From: an uncultured Ginsengibacter sp.
GTDB lineage: Bacteria > Bacteroidota > Bacteroidia > Chitinophagales > Chitinophagaceae
Direction: 5' to 3'
DNA: 64,000 nucleotides
Assembly (NCBI GenBank): GCA_964463015.1
Contig: CAYXAL010000001.1
Location: 100,091-164,090, forward strand
Shown here piece by piece: positions 27,568 through 37,200 of this stretch. The notes under the pieces are model-generated. The model was not told where the DNA came from, did no database searches, and saw only the letters and a list, made by a program, of their open reading frames with translations. How positions within the stretch are numbered: position 1 is the stretch's first letter; the number at the start of each line of letters is the position of its first letter. Position numbers and translations under genes: made by a program.

Positions 27568-28536
27568 CTATTTGCCGGATGCGGGCATTGACAATCTGCG
27601 CTGTGCAATAGAGAAGTATTTTTTGTCAATTTCAAATCCTGTAAATTTTCTTTTTAATTCCAGAGTAGCCACCCCTGTGCTGCCGCTTCCCATAAAAGGA
27701 TCGAGTATGTGCTGCCCTTCCCATGAAAGCAAATTCACAAGGTGATGCATTAAATGCACAGGCTTTAGTGTGGGATGGTTATTAAAGTCTTCTGCATATT
27801 GACGCACTTTGGGCACCAGGAAAAATTTGTCATAGCCATCGTCAAAGGCTTCTGTGCGGATCAGATTAGCCGCTACTCTTCCTTTTGGATGAGGATTGTG
27901 ACCCACCTTGCCTTCTCCTTGCTGATAAGGGATTCTGGATGATTCGAGATTCAGTGCACCGGTGCCGTATTGAATGATATTTTGAGCTACCGAGTTTTTT
28001 TTGTCGATGGGCTTTTGGATCAGAATGATGGGTTCGTACGCAGGTTTGATGCCCAGGCCACTGCCTTTGTATTGAATCGCAAGTGGAGATGCCGGTTCTT
28101 TCTTGTGCTTTGTTTCTTTATCAATGGTGTAAGAAGGTGCACCTTCCTTTTTGTATCCCTGTACATATTTATAAGCGCCTGTTTTTTTACTCTCTACTCC
28201 CAATTCCTTATCGATATCCAATGCCACGTCTCGGCTCTTTGGCATTCCATTCAGGTAAACCCAAAACATCACATCACGTATGAGGAAACCACAATCTTCC
28301 AGGTCCACCATCATTCGGTGCATCAACCTTACAGATGAAAATACAGCACCAAAAGCACCGGGTTTCATACACCTGAATGCATCTGTCCATATTTTTTTGT
28401 CGGGAAGGTTTTTGTCCCATTCGTTATTCTGAAAGGAAATACCATAGGGAGGATCGGTGATCAATGCATCAACACTATTGTCTTTTAATCCATCAAGACC
28501 GTAACAACTTTTATTGTAAATATTGCAGGCTTTCAT
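27568..28536 (-). CDS. Site-specific DNA methyltransferase, beta class (motif IV DPPY N-terminal, motif I FxGxG C-terminal); probably N6-adenine
   Basis: ALITDPPYGISF near the N-terminus and ILDPFMGSGSTGVA near the C-terminus, the circular permutation typical of beta-group N4/N6 MTases (PF01555-like). DPPY rather than SPPY favours m6A. Confidence 0.8.
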   Translation of the reverse strand: MKACNIYNKSCYGLDGLKDNSVDALITDPPYGISFQNNEWDKNLPDKKIWTDAFRCMKPGAFGAVFSSVRLMHRMMVDLEDCGFLIRDVMFWVYLNGMPKSRDVALDIDKELGVESKKTGAYKYVQGYKKEGAPSYTIDKETKHKKEPASPLAIQYKGSGLGIKPAYEPIILIQKPIDKKNSVAQNIIQYGTGALNLESSRIPYQQGEGKVGHNPHPKGRVAANLIRTEAFDDGYDKFFLVPKVRQYAEDFNNHPTLKPVHLMHHLVNLLSWEGQHILDPFMGSGSTGVATLELKRKFTGFEIDKKYFSIAQRRLSMPASGK

Positions 28537-28577
28537 ATTTGATTCCTTCGTAATCCGGGCAAATTAATTCAAACCCT

Positions 28578-29270
28578 TTATTCAGAATAGATAAATCCGT
28601 TTTCAGAAGTTGCGATAATATTATTGTTTTTGATTTTTCCCAAAATTATTTCAGATTTCAAATGGTTCAGATAATATTCTGTATAAATCCCAAAGCGGTT
28701 TTTTAAGAATCGAAGGGAATTAAATCTACCTTCTTTCAAAGAGTAGGGCAGGTTGACATGGATGCCGGCCACATTGTTCACTCCTTTAAATTGTGATTTG
28801 TAATTTCTGAATTCCCATGCTCTGGGTGTGTCCACAAAGATGTGTATGTTAAAAATCTGCCCTGAATATTTTATCTGAAAATCCACACCCAACCTGTCGA
28901 GATCGGTACTTCGGTTTACATTTTCATCGCCAAATACAGAAGCTGAAAGGTAGTAGGCATGATATTCTGTGAGAAAACCAAATTGAGTGCGGTACAGTCT
29001 GGCCCGCAGCCCTTCAATGAATTGATTGTAATCGGCAAATGCAAATCTTGTTTTAATGTCGTCTTTATACTTTGCAAAATAGAAATCAAAGAAATCTGAA
29101 AAAGAAAGCCATCGGTTTTGATTGAAAAAAAAATCATTGAGAAGGTGCGACGGATTCAGCTCGCCTTTCAGATCCATTTCGAGATTTTTGATTTTGAATA
29201 GATCAGGATACAACACCAGGCTTTCAAGGAATGTTTCATATTGATGGAGAGTTTCTGAATTGACTGGCAC
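28578..29270 (-). CDS. Hypothetical protein, AT-rich; candidate restriction endonuclease or other partner of the downstream methyltransferase
   Basis: 230 aa. Same strand, 41 bp upstream of the MTase. GC visibly lower than flanking genes. Strong N/K/F/Y bias. Only a tentative nuclease-like arrangement (FGDEN ... GVDFQIK) could be seen. Confidence 0.3.
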   Translation of the reverse strand: MPVNSETLHQYETFLESLVLYPDLFKIKNLEMDLKGELNPSHLLNDFFFNQNRWLSFSDFFDFYFAKYKDDIKTRFAFADYNQFIEGLRARLYRTQFGFLTEYHAYYLSASVFGDENVNRSTDLDRLGVDFQIKYSGQIFNIHIFVDTPRAWEFRNYKSQFKGVNNVAGIHVNLPYSLKEGRFNSLRFLKNRFGIYTEYYLNHLKSEIILGKIKNNNIIATSENGFIYSE

Positions 29271-29375
29271 GAGAAAGGATTGTCAGGTTTTGGTATGAAG
29301 GTATCTGTGACGAATATAAGTCAATTGAAAATTTATATTGAAAAAGAAAGCCTCCAGAATCTGGTTAGATTGATT

Positions 29376-30365
29376 TTAATTTCCTGATGTCTTTTCCAGC
29401 ATAGCAGGGTATGGCCCATATTTATGCTCCTTCTCAGAATATTGATCGGCATAAGGCCCGAATGGGTAATCAAATGGTTTGGAGGCTATCGCCGGCCAGT
29501 CGTTGTGAAGATCTTTATAAGGGCGGGGTTGAGAGTTCACAAAGGCTGCCACATCCCACGCTTCTTCTATGGAGAGCTGGCTGTTGTGATAAGTCGCTCC
29601 AAATGGCATATTATTCTTCACATATCCGGCGAATGTGGATATGCGGTACATGCCTGCTCCGATATTATAACTATTCTTTCCCCAGAGGGGAGGATAAAGG
29701 TATTCGGTAGAGTCATCATTGAATTTTCCTTCTCCATTTTTCCTGTGGCATATTTCACATTTAGCCATGAATACAATCCTTCCTCTTTCAGGGTCAGCGG
29801 GCCTTTGTAAATAGGGTAATCGCTGAATGCCTGTACCGGATACCTGTTCTTTTGGAGTGACATTCTTTCCTATCCATTTCAAATAGGCGACAATGGCCAT
29901 CATTTCATGACTTGTTGTATCCAGGGGTTTGCCATTCAGGCTTCGTTCCATACAACCATTTACTCTGCCTGCTATAGACACATATTGGCCACTCCTGCTT
30001 CGGTATTCGGGATAGGAAGAAGCTACCCTTGAAAAGTTATTTCCCCAAAACTCTGTTCCGGCATTGATGTGACAGTTATCACAGTTCATTCCGTTTGATA
30101 TTTGTTGAATCTTTCCTCTGGGTCCCAGATACACGGAAGTATGAACAATGAGTTTTCTTCCATAGCGAATCAATTCACCCATCTCATCATTTGGAATTTG
30201 TGATGTATCCGGTGGTGTCCAAAACTTTTCGACTGCTTTGGAGTTAAGAGTATCCGAAGAGTTTTTTTTTATGGTAGCCGGTTTCTTGTCAGGATATAGC
30301 CATAGTGCATATACCGCTGCAATAATAATTACTCCGATGATCAGTAAGTAAGTCTTTTGTTTCAT
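29376..30365 (-). CDS. Diheme c-type cytochrome (TsdA/SoxA-like family candidate)
   Basis: Two CxxCH heme-binding motifs (CDNCH, CEICH) and an N-terminal signal anchor (MKQKTYLLIIGVIIIAAVYALW). Start moved from 30551 to the internal ATG at 30365 to remove the 180-bp overlap with the upstream gene. Confidence 0.7.
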   Translation of the reverse strand: MKQKTYLLIIGVIIIAAVYALWLYPDKKPATIKKNSSDTLNSKAVEKFWTPPDTSQIPNDEMGELIRYGRKLIVHTSVYLGPRGKIQQISNGMNCDNCHINAGTEFWGNNFSRVASSYPEYRSRSGQYVSIAGRVNGCMERSLNGKPLDTTSHEMMAIVAYLKWIGKNVTPKEQVSGTGIQRLPYLQRPADPERGRIVFMAKCEICHRKNGEGKFNDDSTEYLYPPLWGKNSYNIGAGMYRISTFAGYVKNNMPFGATYHNSQLSIEEAWDVAAFVNSQPRPYKDLHNDWPAIASKPFDYPFGPYADQYSEKEHKYGPYPAMLEKTSGN

Positions 30366-30370
30366 CTGCC

Positions 30371-31093
30371 TTACCCCGCAAAACAATAAGTACAGCCGTG
30401 CTCTTGCGCCCTTCCTACAGCCCAAACACCGGAAGGCACTAACTGGAACCCGGGAATCAAATTGTCTAACCATTCTTTCCTGATGGCTTCTGCGTTTCCT
30501 TTTGTCTGCATGGCTGCAATAGCTGCTTTGCCGCTTAATGAGGCATTGCAAACACAGAACATTACTCCTTCAGCCATCAGATCTTTAATACCGAGAGGGA
30601 CGGGCCCCATACCAGGAATCATAAAGTCAGTGGGTTTTGTATTCCAAAACGGGTTACGGGTGGAGGTAGCTGTCGCTGCATCTGATGCATTGAACCCCGG
30701 CCCGAGATCTGCTACGTTGAAAAATTCTTTGAAGTGGTATTTTTCCCAAATATTGTCTTGAAGGGCATAGCATACAGATTCATGCCGCAATACCATCACC
30801 ACTGAGCAGTCTTTTTCAGGAGTGCCGGTTGCTGCATTGGTAATCAAAAATAATTTAGGAAAAACAAAAGGGAAAATGCCCTTCTCAGCACTCACCAGGT
30901 CATACATGATTTTGTGCCTTCCCTTTATTTTTTTAAACCAGGATTCAGGATCTCCCGGGCTTGGAAATGAAAATGATTTTTCTGCTGCATGCAATGGAGA
31001 TGTGAGCATTGAAATACCCATTGCCGCAGCACCGGCAGACAAAGTGCCCAGGAATCCCCGGCGTTGCATCTTAAATTGATCTTGCTTGTTCAT
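30371..31093 (-). CDS. TAT-exported protein of unknown function, possibly DsrE/YchN-like
   Basis: Twin-arginine signal (MQRRGFLGTLSAGAAAMG ... AAEK). Conserved-looking Cys context (VMFCVCNASLSGK) weakly reminiscent of DsrE/TusD. Stop lies 5 nt before the cytochrome start. Confidence 0.45.
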   Translation of the reverse strand: MNKQDQFKMQRRGFLGTLSAGAAAMGISMLTSPLHAAEKSFSFPSPGDPESWFKKIKGRHKIMYDLVSAEKGIFPFVFPKLFLITNAATGTPEKDCSVVMVLRHESVCYALQDNIWEKYHFKEFFNVADLGPGFNASDAATATSTRNPFWNTKPTDFMIPGMGPVPLGIKDLMAEGVMFCVCNASLSGKAAIAAMQTKGNAEAIRKEWLDNLIPGFQLVPSGVWAVGRAQEHGCTYCFAG

Positions 31094-31457
31094 AAAAACT
31101 AAAGTTTATTGATAAATAAAAAAGCCCTGCAATCATTTAACCCTCCGGAGACATCATCGCTGATAATGGAGCGGATAGAAGATCCGGCCAATTGAGTTAA
31201 TGAATTGAGTGACACAGGCTTCACAATTAGAATGATCTGAAAGCAATTTATTCAGACACCCGGAGGCAGGAAACGCGCAATCAACATAAGCGGTACTTTT
31301 TAAGGCAGACAACTCGTCAAAGCAAACGAATAACCCTGGTAGGTCAAAAGTTGTATTTCATTGACCAACGAATGTACTTCGTATCCAATAAATATAATTT
31401 TGTAGAATAAAGATTTTAGATTCAGACCCGCATCCTATAAAATAATAAATTGCCTGT

Positions 31458-32579
31458 ATGACTGCTGGTGATGGCTTTAATCGGTTCCTGTTTTTGGGTA
31501 AATATCGCTGGCTGAGGCATGTGTTGTTCTGGATGATTTATCTGATTGTATTTTCAGTATGGTCTGACATAGACCTGGTTCACAATTTCGAAGATGGAAT
31601 AGCAACCGTACTTACATTTACACCGGCCAATATGATCTATGCTTATGGAATCATCTATTGGATGGTGCCAAAGTTTTTGATAAAGGGAAAGTATTTTCAA
31701 TTCTGCCTGATATTTTGTTTTTGGATGATTGCAGGTTTGATTATGAATTTTCTAAGCAGGTATTATATCCTGATGCCCTTAAGAGCAGGTAAGGCCGCTA
31801 TTCCTTCAAATAGTGCTTATAAAGAAGTTTTTGCTTTTGGAAGTTTTGTCGTCATGAACACAGTAGCCATGTTTGGCGGATTTATTTATTTTTTTAAATA
31901 CTGGTATATTGAAATGCAGCAAAAGCAACAGGCCGAAAAAGAAAAATTAAATACTGAGCTTCAATTACTTAAGGCTCAATTACATCCTCACTTCCTGTTC
32001 AATACCCTGAATAATCTTTATTCGCTGGTGTATTCCAAATCCGACAGGGCGCCGGCGATGCTGATGAGATTATCCGGTTTGTTAAGTTACATTTTGTACG
32101 AATGCAAGGCAGATGAGGTCTTGCTTTCAAAAGAAATCAGCATCATCAAGGACTATTTAGCACTCGAAAAGGAAAGATATGGTGAACGCCTTGACATTTC
32201 TTTGAATTTTTCCGGTGATATAGATGGCAAAATGATCGTGCCGATGTTGTTTCAGCCATTTATTGAAAATGCATTCAAGCACGGAACGTCAGAGCAATTA
32301 GGAAAGGCCTGGGTCAGTATCGATTTGTCAGTTAAGTGGAATCAGTTGTATTTTAAGATCATCAACAGCTTTGACAAAAACCATCTGACGGATACCAGGA
32401 ACGGTATAGGAATCGGTAATGTAAAGAAACGGTTGGATCTGTTATATCACGGTGAATATGAAATAAAAAATGGCATAGAAGATGATGTGTATGTAGTTTC
32501 ATTGGTGATCAACCTGAATGCTTCAGAACACAATGAAGGAGTTGCAAAAAAACATTCAAAAACAAAGTATGAGAAATGA
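31458..32579 (+). CDS. Sensor histidine kinase, LytS/YehU family
   Basis: N-terminal multi-TM domain. LHPHFLFNTLNNLYSLV His-kinase motif (PF06580) and a C-terminal HATPase_c region. Confidence 0.8.
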   Translation: MTAGDGFNRFLFLGKYRWLRHVLFWMIYLIVFSVWSDIDLVHNFEDGIATVLTFTPANMIYAYGIIYWMVPKFLIKGKYFQFCLIFCFWMIAGLIMNFLSRYYILMPLRAGKAAIPSNSAYKEVFAFGSFVVMNTVAMFGGFIYFFKYWYIEMQQKQQAEKEKLNTELQLLKAQLHPHFLFNTLNNLYSLVYSKSDRAPAMLMRLSGLLSYILYECKADEVLLSKEISIIKDYLALEKERYGERLDISLNFSGDIDGKMIVPMLFQPFIENAFKHGTSEQLGKAWVSIDLSVKWNQLYFKIINSFDKNHLTDTRNGIGIGNVKKRLDLLYHGEYEIKNGIEDDVYVVSLVINLNASEHNEGVAKKHSKTKYEK

Positions 32580-33292
32580 GCATCCGTTGCCTGATAATAG
32601 ATGATGAACCGCTTGCAGTAAGACTGATCAGTTCCTATGTTCACCAGATTCCGGGACTGGAAATTGCTGCGATCTGCAACAATGCAATTGATGCATTGGG
32701 TATTATGCGAGATCAGAAAATTGATTTGTTGTTGCTTGATATTAAAATGCCCAGACTCATGGGTACAGACTTTTTGCGGAGTATTCCCAATCCTCCAAAA
32801 GTTATTTTTGTCACGGCTTATCGCGATTATGCCTTCGAGGGATATGAATTGGATATTGTGGATTATCTTTTAAAACCCGTGTCGTTTGCACGTTTTCTGA
32901 AAGCGGTGCAGAAAGCCATGAAAGTGATTGGCGTAGATAATGGCGCGGTCATTGAAAATGGTTTTGAGAACGATAATAAAGAATCCTTTTTGTATTTTAA
33001 AATTGACAAACAAATGCAAAAGGTGATTCTTCATGATATACTGTTTGTAGAAAGTAGTAAGGAATATGTAAAACTTCACTTTGACAATGGGAAAACACTT
33101 TTAGTAAAACAAGGCCTTACTTCCCTGCAGAAGCTGCTTTCGCCTCACCGTTTTCTTCGGGTACACAGGTCTTATATTGTGACCATTGAAAAAATTATTT
33201 CCTACACGCCGAATTTTATTACCATTGGGGATCAGAAAATCCCGATCGGGAGGTTATACAAAAATGAAGTAATCGAAGCTCTGAAACATTGA
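32576..33292 (+). CDS. LytTR-family DNA-binding response regulator
   Basis: Receiver domain (LIIDDEPLAV ... LLDIKMP) plus C-terminal LytTR domain (ILFVESSKEYVKLHF ... HRSYIV). 4-bp overlap with the kinase. Confidence 0.85.
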   Translation: MSIRCLIIDDEPLAVRLISSYVHQIPGLEIAAICNNAIDALGIMRDQKIDLLLLDIKMPRLMGTDFLRSIPNPPKVIFVTAYRDYAFEGYELDIVDYLLKPVSFARFLKAVQKAMKVIGVDNGAVIENGFENDNKESFLYFKIDKQMQKVILHDILFVESSKEYVKLHFDNGKTLLVKQGLTSLQKLLSPHRFLRVHRSYIVTIEKIISYTPNFITIGDQKIPIGRLYKNEVIEALKH

Positions 33293-33443
33293 ATTACCGT
33301 AAAACAATTTCATTGAAAGGTAAATTGTTCTTGCTCTAAAGCACCTCTTTTATTGCAGGCTACGCGAAAAATAAAATGGTATACCAGACTAACAGAGTTG
33401 ATGACACTAAAAATACATAGGTTGCAAGCGTCAGAAAAAACAG

Positions 33444-33872
33444 CTATGCAGTTTTTAATTTTCTTCCTGATATAAGGTAATCTAAGGAATACTTGCCAGG
33501 CCCTGTAATCAAAACCAAAAGGTAGGAAACGAAATACAATATCGGAAGTTCCTTGTAACCCAATGGGTCTTCCCCGTGAATGACAACGATGATTACAGCC
33601 ATAGTGGATAGAATCGGAATTGTGGCAAGTCTTGTTGCAAATCCAACCATTACCAGTAATGCACAGATAAATTCTGCAAACATTGCCAACGCGATGGAAA
33701 CTGTGGGAGTCATTCCAAATACAGAGGTAAATTGAATGGGATCGTCAGAAAGTAATTTTTGCAACTTTGGAAATCCGTGAGTCATCAATAAGAAACCAAC
33801 AGCGATTCTTAATATTAACAAACCCGTATCCGTGATATTTTTCGGTAATTGAGCGCTGAATAATTTTTTCAT
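33444..33872 (-). CDS. DoxX family membrane protein
   Basis: 142 aa, four TM helices. N-terminal LLILRIAVGFLLMTHGFPKL is typical of DoxX. Confidence 0.7.
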   Translation of the reverse strand: MKKLFSAQLPKNITDTGLLILRIAVGFLLMTHGFPKLQKLLSDDPIQFTSVFGMTPTVSIALAMFAEFICALLVMVGFATRLATIPILSTMAVIIVVIHGEDPLGYKELPILYFVSYLLVLITGPGKYSLDYLISGRKLKTA

Positions 33873-34284
33873 TTCACTTATATTTTGGCTGTTGGAATGA
33901 TTCTTTTAAAACGGCAAAAATAGGGCTTGCCACTGTAGATCGTCGGGTCATAGGGTTTTATATAGGTAATTAATTGTTATTGTTTCAAGGCCGGCAAAAA
34001 GTCTCTGGAAAGGTTAAAATTTTACTTGCCGGATGGTCGCATATCCGGTAAATTATCAGTAAGGGAGCCATTTGAAATATTCGGACTGAATTAACTTTAT
34101 ATCTGAATTTGAAATCGCACGTTTGGGGTTTTTTGAGACTGATAAGGTGATTGGAATCTGTTTAATGATGTTATTGAGCCTCAGGCAAGCGGTATCCGGT
34201 TGGCAGAGTCAATTATCCTGATTATACAGTCAATAAGAATGATTTCTCATACTTTTGTGGTGCGATTCTTTAAGTTTAGTGTGA

Positions 34285-37200
34285 ATGAATCTTGACGCGT
34301 TGCTGGATCAGTTTAAAAGTGATAACCGGATTTTAACCATTTCGGACAGGCTTTCTATTTCTGATGCTGTCCTTTCTCCGGCGCCTTCGCCGCTTCATCT
34401 GAGCGGCCTCCTTGGTAGCAGCAGGGAATTTGTTTTTCATACATTTACTGCTTTGCCTGAAGTTTCTAAGTGGAATCATCTTGTAGTTTTAAGAGACGCT
34501 GAGGAAGCCGCATATTTTCAGAATACCCTTGAGCAAATCAGCGGTGCATTGGATGTATTTTATTTTCCTTCATCTTTCAAGCATCAAAAGAATTTCAGAC
34601 TGCTCAATCCGAGTCACGTCATGCTTAGGACAGAAGCCCTGTCGCGTGTAAGTTCCGGAGGAAATAAGAAAGTTCTGATCACTTATCCGAAGGCTCTCTT
34701 TGAAAAAGTAGTGCTTCCAAAAACACTTGCCAAGAATATCATTTCATTTAAAAAAGGAACAACGATAGATCTGAACGGACTCCTGGAAAGATTTGTTGAG
34801 TATGGATTTGTAAGAACTGATTTTGTCTATGAACCGGGGGAGATTGCACTAAGAGGTGGTATTCTCGATATCTATTCCTTTGGAAATGAAAAACCCTACC
34901 GGATTGAATTGTTTGGCGAAGAGGTGGACAGCATCCGGTTGTTTGACCCGCAGACTCAATTGAGTGAAAGAAACCTGAATGAGGTAAATATCATTCCCAA
35001 TATTGAGACAAATTTTGACTCTGGGGAGAAAGTGTCTTTACTATCGTTCATGCCTGAAAATACAATCTGTTGGACAGAAGATTGGGAATTCATCAAAGAG
35101 AGGATTGAAAAACAAGAGGCTGACCTCCGGCTATTTCTGAAGGAGGGTACACAATCGCATCCGGAAGAAGAAACAGAAACACCTCACGAAAGAGAAGTCA
35201 CTCCGGATGATTTTATGACTGCTTTGGATCTGCAAGGCGAGTTGCGCCAACATTATCTAGTAGAAATCGGGCTGAAGAATTTTTTTTCAGATCAGAATGC
35301 AATTCATTTCACTACAACACGGCAACCTGCCTTCAATCGTCAGTTTACTCTATTGATCAATGATCTGAAGAAGTATGAAAAATTGAATTATGGGCTGTAC
35401 ATCTTTGCTGAAAACCCCCGGCAATTAGAGCGACTTCATTCTATTTTTTCAGATCAGGGAAGCGCTATTGAATTTGTACCTGTGATTGCGTCCATCCATG
35501 AAGGATTCATAGATCACGATATTAAATGCGTTTGCTATTCAGATCATGAGATTTTTCAGCGATACCACAAATACCGTGTTAAACAGGCCTTCAGTAAGAA
35601 CAAAGCCTTAACCATGAAAATGCTGCGTGAACTTCAGCCCGGAGATTACGTAACACACATCGATCATGGCGTGGGGGTGTACAGTGGCCTTCAGAAGATT
35701 GAGTCGAATGGCGTAGTGCAGGAAGCGGTTCGTATTGTATATAAAGATCACGATTTACTGTACGTAAATATTTCATCACTTCACAAGATCAGTAAATACA
35801 GTGGCAAGGAAGGCTCTGTCCCGAAATTGAATAAGTTGGGAAGTGATGTGTGGAATAAACTAAAGGATAAGACCCGGAAGCAGGTAAAAGATATTGCCAA
35901 GGATTTGATAAAGCTGTATGCGCAGCGAAAAAGTCAGAAAGGTTTTTCGCATAACCCGGATGGTTATATGCAGCATGAATTGGAGGCATCATTTATTTAT
36001 GAAGACACACCCGATCAGAGCAAGGCTGTGGCCGATGTAAAGAAAGATATGGAAGCCGAATCGCCAATGGACAGGCTTATCTGTGGCGATGTGGGATTTG
36101 GCAAGACAGAAGTAGCCGTGCGGGCAGCTTTCAAAACCTGCCTGAATGGCAAGCAGGCTGCTGTATTGGTGCCCACTACCATCCTTGCTTATCAGCATTT
36201 CAAGACTTTCAGCGAACGACTTGCAGATTTCCCTGTCAACATAGATTATCTGAATCGATTTAAATCAGCCAAACAAAAGAAGGAGACACTCACTAAACTC
36301 AAAGAGGGAAAGATAGACATCATCATCGGTACACATGCGTTGTTGGGAAAGGGAGTTCAATTCAAAGACCTGGGACTGCTCGTGATTGATGAAGAACAAA
36401 AATTTGGAGTAGCTGCCAAAGAAAAATTGAAGGAGTTAAAAACCACGGTAGATACACTCACCCTGACTGCGACGCCCATTCCACGCACCTTACAATTCAG
36501 CCTGATGGGAGCCAGAGACCTGAGTATCATCAATACTCCACCTCCCAACCGCCAGCCCATTCAGACAGAGGTTCATACATTCAATGCAGATTTTATCCGC
36601 GACGCAATTTATTTTGAGGTGGAAAGGGGTGGGCAAGTATTCTTTATCCATAACCGAGTGAAAGGGTTGCCTGAAGTGAAGAATATGATCAAGGAGTTGT
36701 GTCCCGATTTACAAATTGCCAGCGCACATGGTCAGATGGAAGGAAGCGATCTGGAGAATACCGTCCTTGATTTTATCGATCAGAAATACGATGTGCTTGT
36801 ATGTACCAATATCGTGGAAAGCGGTGTGGATATTCCCAATGTAAATACCATCATCATTAATAATGCGCATCAGTTCGGATTGAGTGATCTCCACCAGTTG
36901 CGTGGGCGGGTAGGGCGGAGTAACCGCAAGGCGTTTTGTTATTTGCTATCGCCGCCATTGAGTTCACTACCCGATGACAGTCGCAAACGGCTAACCACAC
37001 TGGAGCAGTACAGTGAATTGGGAAGCGGATTTCAGATTGCTATGAGAGATCTGGATATCCGTGGTGCAGGAAATATGCTTGGAGGGGAACAGAGTGGATT
37101 CATAGCAGAGATTGGGTTTGAGATGTATCATAAAATTCTGGATGAAGCCATCCGGGAATTGAAGAGGAACGAATTCCGCGAAACATTCAAAGAAGAAATT

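Noticed and set aside
29411-29863. Antisense ORFs 29411..29710(+), 29424..29810(+) and 29618..29863(-) within the cytochrome c gene
   Set aside because: They overlap a gene carrying two CxxCH motifs and a signal anchor. They are shadow ORFs.
30366-30551. N-terminal 62-aa extension of the cytochrome c ORF (start at 30551)
   Set aside because: It would overlap the upstream TAT-protein gene by 180 bp and is Arg/Cys-rich nonsense. The internal ATG at 30365 gives a proper signal anchor and a 5-nt intergenic gap.
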